Shown: piece after piece, positions 52,912 through 64,000 of the stretch | How the letters are laid out: each line of letters opens with the position of its first letter | Numbering within the stretch: position 1 is the stretch's first letter | NCBI GenBank assembly: GCA_951406725.2 | Contig: OX597830.1 | Location: 13,950,001-14,014,000, forward strand | DNA: 64,000 bases | Direction: 5' to 3' | From: Octopus vulgaris | Taxonomy: Eukaryota | Translations under genes and position numbers: made by a program | The notes under the pieces: model-generated | The model's input: only the letters and a program-made list of their open reading frames with translations | Database searches by the model: none | Told to the model about the DNA's origin: nothing

Positions 52912-53105
52912 TAGCCCCTTGCGGGTAGTAAAGAAATAGGTCTTTCGTCTGTCTTTACGTTCTGAGTTCAAATTCCGCCGCGGTCGACTTTGCCTTTCAT
53001 TCTTTCGGGGTCGATAAATTAAGTACCATTTGCATACTGGGGTCAATATAATCAATTTGTCCCCTCCCCAAAAATTTCGGGCCTTGCGCCTAGAGTAGAA
53101 AAGAA
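52912..53105 (+). mobile_element. SINE family B: tail stub followed by a headless unit
   Basis: TAGCCCCTTGCGGGTAGTAAAGAAATA|GGTCTTTCGTC, the same junction as in the 4735 dimer. Confidence 0.9.
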
Positions 53106-53254
53106 TATACTTTTAAGTACATTGTATATTACAATAAAAAGGGCGCTGTTAAAGGGATTATCTCTACGGTCATTTCATTAATGTATGTTATAAAACCCAG
53201 GACTTCTATTTATGTTAAACATTGTGAGAGGATCTGCACACCACAGACCTTCTC

Positions 53255-53400
53255 ACACTCTTCAAAATAAAGAGATCTTGAAATAGAAATACGTATCACG
53301 TGGTCTATGAAACTGAAAATGGTATCAGTAATAACCGATGTTCTCGGTATCATAACTAAAAAGGACCTAAATATAAGTATACGAATGTATAAGGGATCAA
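53255..53400 (+). pseudogene. Decayed Dong-type RLE fragment
   Basis: RDLEIEIRITWSMKLKMVSVITDVLGII. Confidence 0.55.
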
Positions 53401-53539
53401 ACAAGCACAAACAGAAACACGCAGAAACAAACACAGACATAAGAAAAATTCCTTATTAGACAAAGCATTTTATGTAAGACACTTTCCGTGCACAGGCAAA
53501 AATAACTCCGTATTATCATCTCTAAATAGGATCTTTTAT

Positions 53540-53960
53540 GATTTACTTGTTTCCGTCATTGGACTGCAGCCATGCTGGGTCGCCGCCTTGAAGAATTTAG
53601 GTCGAACGAATCGAACCCTATGCTTATTTTTCTTAAAGCCTAGTAGTTATTCTATCGGCGTCTTTCGCCGAACTGCTATGTTACGAGACGTGAACACACA
53701 AACACCAGTTGTCAAGCGATGCTGAGGGACAACGACAGACAGACAGCATATACACGACTGGCTTCTTTCATTTCCCGTCTTTCAAATCCACTCACAAGCC
53801 AGCGGTCAGCCCAAGGTTATACTAGAAGACACCTAGCCCCTTGTGGGTAATAAAGAAACATATACTAGAAGACACCTGCTGAAGTTGCTACGCAGTGCGA
53901 TTGAACCCGGAACCATGCGGTTCGAAAGCCAACTTCTTACTACACAGCTACGCCCGCGCC
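53540..53960 (-). mobile_element. SINE family A, degenerate, hosting a 26-nt insertion
   Basis: All modules recognisable. Confidence 0.85.
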
Positions 53961-54919
53961 TAGTATAATACAATATCATACCAGTGTAGAATAACAACTA
54001 ATCCAAGAAGACAACTCGTACGAGTGATATTCAACATGATTACCTACTAACAAAATTGCACAGTTCTTATTGCACCTATTGTGCATAATAAACAGGCGAA
54101 TCACTAAAGTAACACCAGAAACAACTACTCAATAGATATTACATCCTAACTATTCCACATCCTCCAAAGACAACCTCAGAGATAATTCTTAAGATAGATA
54201 GAAGTTTAAAAATTTTAGGGGGAAGTGAACAGTCATGTGTATCTCTCTTAACATTTGATTGGCACTTATTTTACCTAACCTAGAAGTGTGAAAGAGCATA
54301 GTCGATATCAGTGGAGGTTTGACAGCTGATTGTAAACGGATGTATATAAATAATGCGTAATAGTTTGACTTTATTCATCGCGTCGATTTAATAAAATATC
54401 GCATGTACTCGATTATAAAACGTCGTCGCCTATAAGACGCAACCCCGACTTACAAGCTTCAAATCGGGAATTTTATCATTGACCCGACTATAAGTCGCAG
54501 CGAATTTTTTGATGCTGGAGAGCAAAGTTCGATTACGAATCGCGGACGAAATTGTTCGGAAACCGAGCTTTCAGTAAGGTGAAGATGACCTACAACAATT
54601 GTTATCCCATTAAGTTCATGCATTTTAGACACCGTTGTTTATAATGTAAAATTTTATCCATTTCAGTTATTCCAAATGTTGGAACTTCAGGCATGGACTC
54701 CATCTAGAAAATATCTGAAGATTCTTTTTTAATTTTAAGGGAAAAAAAGAGCCGAACACTTTACACACAGTTAAAGACATAGTTTATGAACCAAAGCAGT
54801 ACTTATAATCTATAGAGTACATCACTCGGAAATTGATATTCAACGAGTACATAAAAAAACAAAACAAAGGGAAGTAAATGACTGGGCCCGACAGAATCTC
54901 TTCTTTTGTCTGTTATCAG

Positions 54920-55304
54920 ATTCAGTCATTGGATGCGGATATGCTGGAACACCACATTTAAAAACTTTTAGTCAAATAAATCAGCTCCAGTACTTATTTT
55001 TTTTATTAAAGCCAGGTACTTATTCTAAAGGTCTCTTCTTGCCGAACAACTAAATTTACGGGGATGTAAACAAACCAACACCAGCTGTCAAACGGCGGTG
55101 GAGGACAAACTCACACGCACACACACTCATACATACACACATACATACACACATACATACATACATACATACATACATACATACATACATACATACATAC
55201 ATACATGCATACATACATACATACATACATATATATTTCTATATAAGACTAATACCAAATCCATTTTCTGTTTCCTCCATCGATTATTGTTATCATTATT
55301 ATCC

Positions 55305-55370
<66 letters not shown>

Positions 55371-55530
55371 AGTATGTATGTATGTATTTATATATGCGAT
55401 GGGCTATTTTCAGTTCCCTTCTACCAAATCCACTTTGGTAGAAGTCACCCAATGTGCCGCCTAGCGGGTTTGAGTCAAGGAATATTCGAGTGGGAAGCTA
55501 GCTTCTGACGACACAGCCACGCCTGCGCCT
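54920..55530 (-). mobile_element. SINE family A, degenerate with expanded internal microsatellites
   Basis: 3' module at 54920-55110, head at 55395-55530. Confidence 0.7.
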
Positions 55531-56373
55531 GTAAATTACCTTTAAACTAGACTCCTTTGCACATTTGGTAACATTATAATTTTCTCCCCATAAATATTAA
55601 AGAAATTCTTCTCAGAATTCCACAGCTCCGATAATTTTACTGACTTCTACACCACGCATCCTATCATAAATTTTTAAAGATTCATTGCCAGTTTTGTATT
55701 TAATTGTACATAGAAAACAGAGTTTAATGGCTTTCTTCAGGAACAAGAAAATGTTGATGCTAACTCTGATGAAAATAAAATAATTGAAATTAACAAAAAT
55801 AATGCGTTACTAATTTAAAAGAAAATAACGTGAACACATTTATCGACTTAAATGATGCTGGCTTTTATCTGCAGCAAAAACAACTCAGTAAAGAAAAGCG
55901 ATAACAATACAAACAACAAACACAATTCTATGAGCAAATGTTTATAAAGAAGATAAGTGTGTGAAATTACAAACACATACAAATATACATACATCCTTCT
56001 ATGTATGTGTGTGTGTATGTATGCATGTATGTATGTATGTATGCATGCATCTATGTGTGTATACGCACAAACATATGTACGGTCCTATAAATATATATAT
56101 GTATGTATATAAACACTTACTTTGCGTATATGTCGTTGTGCATACGTGCGTGTGATTGTGTATGTATGGTGAGTGTATGGGTGTCCAATATTAATATTTA
56201 TACAAGTGTATTGCATTTGTACGCTTATGTTCAAGCTCAATTATACATCTATAAATAAATGCATAAAATGTATCTTTACCTTGAAACTTGTACATATACG
56301 TACACACACATACGCACACACATGCATACATACCTACATACGTATATATATACATATATATAAATATATATAC

Positions 56374-56420
<47 letters not shown>

Positions 56421-56499
56421 CAAACATGTGAATATATATACATACATATATTTAAATACATACACATACATATACGTGTATATGCATATGCACATATAT

Positions 56500-56783
<284 letters not shown>

Positions 56784-57716
56784 ACATCACATGTAACCCA
56801 AATGCATCGACGAATATAACAAAAAAAAATGTGTGTAACATTTGGGAGATTTTCTTAATAGAATGCTGCATGTCTTTAAAACGTTTAAAGAGTGCCTTTG
56901 GGGACATGGCCGCCTTAGCAGAGACTCGATGCCTCTGCTAACTGGTCTATCTTTCGAATTAGGACATTATTTTATTTTATTCAACAACAAATATACGATT
57001 GGATTGCTGTATATTTCTTCCCTTTCCTCCAAAGCTCTTTTTTTTTCTTCCGCTCGTCCTTTTATTTATATATTGTTTCCAAAGTTATTTCCATTAATAA
57101 CTTTTATTTTACCTATTTTCTAGAATCAGATATATAAACGCATCTTCTTATTTTTAAAAGCTTCTAAAACGAACATAACATACATGAAAGAACAAAGAGA
57201 AATTGAGTGGATTCTGTATATTTTGGTGAATTGACTGTTAAAACATTCGATTTAGCTCTTGATTTACTTAATTTTTTCTTTCTTTCCATTTTGAGACTTT
57301 TGCACCGCTATCATAGACATCAACTAATTCAAGTGCCGTCTCAGTTGAATGACGGTTTTATTACATCAGATAAGAAAGAAAGGAAAAAAAGACACTCAGA
57401 TAGAAAATATATGAATTAAATTGAGTTCTCTTAAAAGCACATAGTCTTTTCAATTAGTTTGTCATGCATGCAGTATGTTTTACAGAAGAAAAACGAAAAT
57501 TGCAAGGAAAGAAAAAAACAGAAGACAAAAGTATATCTATCATTTGAAATGTCTTTCAGAGGCAAGTGAGAGGCATTGCAGCTATTGTAAAGAAATCTTG
57601 TCAATAATTTGTGTAGTTAAATTGTTAAGTAAAAAATTGTTTTCGCAACCGAGTGTTTATCATACGTATATACGTATATGCATGTATAATAGACATGTAT
57701 ATATGCTAATACACAT

Positions 57717-57755
<39 letters not shown>

Positions 57756-58055
57756 CACGCATATATATATGCACACACATATATACACGCACACACATAT
57801 ATACACACTCACACATATATATGTATATATATATATATATACATACGAATATACATACATATATATGTGTCTGTATGTGTGTGTATATATATATATATAT
57901 ATATGTACATATAGGTATATACTTGTATATTGGTTATATATATGTATATATATGTATATACTTGTATATTGGTATATATATAGTATATATATATATATAT
58001 ATATACATATATATAGGTGTATATATGTATGGACAAACACACGCATGCAGGTGCT

Positions 58056-58106
<51 letters not shown>

Positions 58107-58161
58107 ATATGTTTATATATATGCATATATATACATACATACATATATATATATGTGTGTG

Positions 58162-58198
<37 letters not shown>

Positions 58199-58734
58199 GT
58201 GTATATATATATATATGTACATACATATATATATATGTTCAGGCAGAGAAAGAAAGAGAGATCTAAAAATAAATGGCTGATCTTATCGTACTGCAAATGT
58301 CAGTTACAAACCTTAATTTCATTTGTTTTGTCGATGGAAATTGCTAAGGAATTATTCACAAGAAAACATGGTTTGTTTCTGGATTCACCTTATCTCAACT
58401 GCTGCTTCTCATAATTCCTCTCACAATTGCTCTATTAATCAGTTTATTTTATTTTCTAGTCCCAGAATGTGCGCTTGCGGATAAGAAATATTCTGTTTTG
58501 TCTTCTCTAAATACTACTGAGCTTTCGGTGTGTACTTCTATAGTTTCTTGTAAGAATTTGGTCGCAATACCTTCGCCAAATATACGATTTTCTACGTGCA
58601 TAAAACTTTTCTATGCGTTTAAGTACATTTTCACGGTGTATATTTTTATGTGATATACACTAGAGAAATAATTTCTGAGATATTCCATTAGCCTCTGGCT
58701 TACTTTTAACTTATCCTTCAATTGTAACTCTCTC

Positions 58735-59156
58735 TCTTTACTCTTTTACTCTTTTACTTGTTTCAGTCATTTTACTGCGGCCATGCTGGAGCACCGCCTT
58801 TAATCGAGCAACTCGACCCCGGGACTTATTCTTTGTAAGCCCAGTACTTATTCTATCGGTCTCTTTTGCCGAACCGCTAAGTGACGGGGACATAAACACA
58901 CCAGCATCGGTTGTCAAGAAATGCTAGGGGGACAAACACAGACACACAAACATACACGCACACACACACACATATATATATATACATATATAGGACGGCC
59001 TTCTTTCAGTTTCCGTCTACCAAATGCTCTCACAAGGCTTTGGTCGGCCCGAGGCTATAGTAGAAGACACTTGCCCACTGTGCCACGCAGTGGGACTGAA
59101 CCCGGAACCATGTGGTTGGTAAACAAGCTACTTACCACACAGTCACTCCTGTGCCT
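58735..59156 (-). mobile_element. SINE family A
   Basis: Full length. Confidence 0.95.
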
Positions 59157-59454
59157 AACATGTATATCATATATATAATATCCACAGCAATCTTAGTTAT
59201 CGCTTATAAAATTTAATGTTGTTCATTGTGTACCAGAGTGATGCTATATTCACACAAATTTAAACAGATGATTTACGGGTACAATACTCCTCCTTTCAAC
59301 TATAGGTCCAAAACCCGAAATTTGGTGTACATGAGCCACTCTGTTGCATTTGCTAAATACTAAAATATATGAGTGTGTATGCGTATGTTTGTGTGTGTGT
59401 ACGTGTGTGTGGGTGTCTGTGTGCATAATCTTATTTAAATAAACATAACATTAT

Positions 59455-59767
59455 ATCGACCCAGAATGGATGAAAAGCAAAGTTGATCTCGAAGGAACTT
59501 GAACTCAGAACAAAAAGACGGGTGAAATGCCGCTAAGCATTTTGCCCGATACGCCGACGATTCTTCCAGCTCACCGTTTTTATGGGTCCAGTAATATTTG
59601 CTTCAAATGTTCGCTCAAGGCCAGCAATTTCAGGCAGGGGCTAAGCTGATTACATCGACCCAGTTCTTGACTAGTATTTATTTTATCGAACCCGAAACGA
59701 TGAAAAGCAGAGATGACATCGGCGAAATTTGAAGTGAGAACGTTAAAGATAGAGGAAAAGCCGCCCA
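59455..59767 (-). mobile_element. Two degenerate SINE B copies; the second has a 17-bp TSD
   Basis: ATGGGTCCAGTAATATT at 59582-59598 and 59768-59784. Confidence 0.85.
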
Positions 59768-59875
59768 ATGGGTCCAGTAATATTAACGATATTTATGAAA
59801 TAAACCTGTAATAATATTTATATTCTTTTGCTTTACACGTTTACTGGTTATATCGTTGCTAGGTGGTCAGGATGC

Positions 59876-60102
59876 AGTAGCTGGCAGAAACGTTAGCACG
59901 CCGGGCGAAATGCGTAGCCGCATTTCGTCTACCGTTACGTTCTGAGTTCAAATTCCGCCGAGGTCGACTTTGCCTTTCATCCTTTCGGGGTCGATAAATT
60001 AAGTACCAGTTATGCACTGGGGTCGATGTAATCGACTTAATCCGTTTGTCTGTCCTTGTTTGTCCCCTCTGTGTTTAGCCCATTGTGGGTACTAAAGAAA
60101 TA
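59876..60102 (+). mobile_element. SINE family B, young-looking
   Basis: Close to the 4735 and 29937 copies. Confidence 0.95.
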
Positions 60103-60452
60103 AGTAGCTATTTGAGATAAGTCTTTTCCCCCATATCAGCTATATGTAAGCGTGTGTGCGTGTATGTGAGTGTGTGTGTGTGTGCATGTGCGTTTTAGTG
60201 CGTGTGCTTGTAACTGCGTGCGTCTGTGTGTGATCTTCAGCACCAGCGCATTTTTAATACCTATATATATATATAAAGATAGATAGATAGATATAGATAT
60301 ATATATAGGTTTGATAAATGTTAACGCACTAAACTCGCGGCACTTGAGCCACGCTGTTGCTTTTACTAAATATTAATATATATATGTGTGTGTGTGTGTG
60401 CATAATCTTATTTAAATAAACATATCAGTACTAAGTAATCGCTATTTACATA

Positions 60453-60490
<38 letters not shown>

Positions 60491-60941
60491 CACACATTCT
60501 TGATATTGTTGTTAAATGATAAAGAAATAAAAACTCAATAGTCTTAGTAAAATCAAATATACAAAGATTGATTGTGGTTTCCAGTTTCGCCTCTCGCTGT
60601 TTAATCAATGAGTTATCAAAACACAGAGTCTGTAGATATTGAAAACCTGAAATTTTCAATAAGATATATTAGAGTTTTAATATTATTTCAAGAAAAAAAA
60701 TTCCGCCCTCATCTCCATAGTGTTTATTGAAAATTTCTTGCATGCATAACTAGAAATTGTTTGATAAGCCTCGAAAGGCGAAACTTGAAGTCACAGTAAG
60801 ACACACAAACACACGCACGCACGCACGCACTCAGTTGTGTGCATGTATGTATGGATCATATATGCAATTGAATACATGTTTGAGAATATGTATATATATA
60901 TATGTATATATATATGTATATATATATATATGTATGTATGT

Positions 60942-60975
<34 letters not shown>

Positions 60976-60998
60976 ATGTATATATGTAGGTATATATG

Positions 60999-61118
<120 letters not shown>

Positions 61119-61324
61119 TGCATATGCACATGCAGATGTTCGTTCTGTGCATATACGCTCTCAAATATGAATTTATAAAATATGATATAATGTTAGAATA
61201 TACGGTTATTCATTCGGCTTGCGTGACCATGCGAAGCCGAACGTTTAATGACGATGAATAATAAAAAAGAAACGTGCACATTATTTTACAAGGAGCATCA
61301 AACACTATATCTTTTACCTTTCGT

Positions 61325-61718
61325 CATTTACTTGTTTCAGTTATTTCCCTGTGGCCATGCTGGGGCACCAGCTTGAAGAATATCTAGTCGAATGTATTGA
61401 CCCCAGTACTTGAATTTTTTTAAGCGTGGCATTTATTCTAACGATTCTTTTGCTGAACCGCTAAGTTCCGGGACGTAAAGACGCCACCACGGTTATCAAG
61501 CGGTGGTGGTGGGTGGTTTTGAGACAAGCACAGACACACACACACACAGACAGAGAAATATTATTATATACGACGGGCTACATTTAATTTCCGTCTGTCA
61601 AATTTACTCGTAAGGTTTTGGTCGGCCTCAGGCTATAGTAAAGTACCAAGCAGTGGGACTGAATCCGGAACCATATGGTTAGAAAGCAAGCTTCTTACCA
61701 CACAGTTACACTTGCGAC
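61325..61718 (-). mobile_element. SINE family A, degenerate
   Basis: Tail module and head recognisable. Confidence 0.8.
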
Positions 61719-62473
61719 TATAAGTTTTGAGTATTTTTCCAACCAAAGGAGAAAAATGAAGAATAATGTGTCTTTTGGAAGAAATAAATTAATACAATAT
61801 CTATATGATTACTTACACAAGGAAAGAAATTATATAAAGTATTCTGTTAGTATATGCGTTTGATATTTCATAAAAACATCACAGAGGGCTAAACAACAAG
61901 ATTTATGAGATTTAGCAAACAAATATATAATGATTGCTAAATTCATTGTGGTTAAAAAAAATATTATTTAAATTGTCTAATGTGCGTTGAAGTAGATGAA
62001 GTGTTTTACACTAATTCAAGTTTAGAGAGATAATACATTAAAAAAGTGAATAGTTTTCTATGATAATAGTGAAAACGTAACAGTAGGAACATGAGCTAAA
62101 AATCAACAATTACGACAATAGCATATCAAATCCTTTCAGTTGCTGCTGTATACGATTATTAGAATGTAACCTACACAAGCATTGATTAGGAAGTAAAGAC
62201 TTAAAGACTAGGATTCCACATTGGAATATTGCATGTATTTTGTATAATATTGGCTATGGAGAAAAAAAAATATTCGGCTTTATGAAAATTTAAAACAATA
62301 TATTTTTAACGTCCCTTTTGAAAAAACATTGGTTGCTTATAGCATTAGGAGATGAATAAACCAATATATGTCTAAATCTATCTTCTCCTATTTCTTTCCT
62401 CACATACACAAACATACATATGTACATGTATATATGTGTATGTCTCTCTCTTTATATATATATATATATATAT

Positions 62474-62525
<52 letters not shown>

Positions 62526-62550
62526 GTTTGTGTGTGTGTGTATGTATATA

Positions 62551-62593
<43 letters not shown>

Positions 62594-63294
62594 GTATAGA
62601 AATATATATACGTACATGTATATATTTGTACACGCATACAGTCAGAGTTATATATGTATGACATTTGATGTCATAAGACATCTTTCCAGTTTGGCCAATA
62701 TATCGAATTTTATACCGCATAATGAAAATATAGTATATCTCATGAATTACGATATATTGTGTGTGTGTCAGTGTGTGTTTGTGTGTGTGTGTGACTTGTC
62801 AATACTGCATACTCGAAACGAGGCCCGATGTCGGATAAGTTACTGTTTGTGGCAATATGCAAAATGGTGTAAGCACCATCTGCTGGCATTTCTCAACGTT
62901 TCATATCACGCAAAGAATTCAAATGTGAATCAGTAACATCTCAAGGTATGTGTTTTGTTGACTTAATAGTTATTCAAAGAGACTACCTTAATGACATGAA
63001 GGTTGCATTGTCGTTTGAGAATTCCAATTTAACTCGGCGCAGATCTGAGTTAAAATGAAGGGTGAAGCCGGAAGTACAAAATAATAAAACGAAGGTTTCT
63101 AGAAATTAAAACGGTCAAGAAGTATGACGCACACGGACATGCGCGCACTTTCTCACACTTTCACACGCAACTTGGCGAACACAAAGGGACCATAAAAAAA
63201 CACACCAAAAAGAAATTAATGTAGAAGGGATGTAACTGTATTATTTGGGGAATTATCGGGGTGAGATACTATCATTTGTACTTTAAGAATGTGT

Positions 63295-63800
63295 TGCATA
63301 ACTTATGATTGCATTTTAGAATAAGATCAATTGGTTCGTTAATGCAGCCGCTGAGTTATATGATAGATGCAGAAGTCGCATTTGTTGTTATAACTGTCAT
63401 ACAGTTTGGCATGGATAACAATAGATCATTTTATACTGTGCACAACTGAAATATGTTTTAGGTTATGAATGAATTTAGATAGAGAAGTACTGTCAGTTTT
63501 CGCTTGAGATTTAAAGCTAGAGTAGAGATTGCCTCGAAGGTGGTACTGCACAGGCTGATATATACAAACTTGGAATCCTCTGTGGAGACTATGCATTTGT
63601 ATACGATATTTCTAGTGAAGCATTTATTTTGTAAGGGACAGGAGATGGGGCGTTTACAACTGCATAAATTTGTACAGGGTGCTAAAGAGGAGTTTGTCGG
63701 ATTATAATTGCCTATAAAATTACTAGCAAATATGTCTCCAACACCAGACAACAAAAGCCATGTGCTCCAATGGTATATGAAAAAGAACCAAATGTTAACC
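63295..63800 (-). pseudogene. Decayed Penelope-like GIY-YIG endonuclease region
   Basis: CSCKRPISCPLQNKCFTRNIVYKCIV...YISLCSTTFE, then STSLSKFIHNLK...IK*SIV...KCDFC...DLILKCNH. Confidence 0.88.
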
Positions 63801-64000
63801 CACTGAATATCGCTTTTTATGTTTATCATTGAATAGTGTAAAGGCCACATACTTTTGTGATTCAATGTATTTCATTGAAAGGATTACGTCCCTCTAATAC
63901 TGCTTTTAAAAAGAAATGATATGATTGCATGATTGTATTAATATTTCATCTGGTTAAGACATTTATCGCATCTCAGTTTCAATATGGAGAGTCATTAATC

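Noticed and set aside
56915-56941. 9-bp hairpin TTAGCAGAG/CTCTGCTAA after ATGGCCGCC
   Set aside because: An isolated short stem with no supporting context

Overview
AT-rich eukaryotic DNA that is almost entirely intronic or intergenic. The dense (TA)n/(CA)n/(AAT)n/(CATA)n microsatellites and tRNA-derived SINEs suggest an octopus (coleoid cephalopod) genome; this is inferred from repeat style, not from a database search. I recognise no intact protein-coding gene, and nearly all track ORFs are translated microsatellite or SINE sequence. Identifiable coding remnants are all decayed transposons: a Tigger/pogo transposase, a full-length mariner, R4/Dong-type RLE LINEs, an RTE 3' end, an internally deleted L1/Tx1-like element and a Penelope GIY-YIG fragment. 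Five signals stand out. (1) Eight hammerhead-ribozyme(-like) motifs from four unrelated Penelope-like families; one has a canonical core and the rest carry recurrent U4C or A6U variants with palindromic, dimer-type stem III. (2) A CpG-enriched CCAAT/CCAAT promoter-like site near 44.9-45.0 kb, whose putative minus-strand exon 2 is the antisense of exon 1's AUG and 5' splice site. (3) A GC-rich, G-U-rich structured 233-nt retroposed insert with an 11-bp TSD. (4) Retroposition events with extreme TSD geometry. (5) A Merlin-like MITE carrying telomere-like repeats. All structures were folded by eye and coordinates of decayed repeats are approximate.
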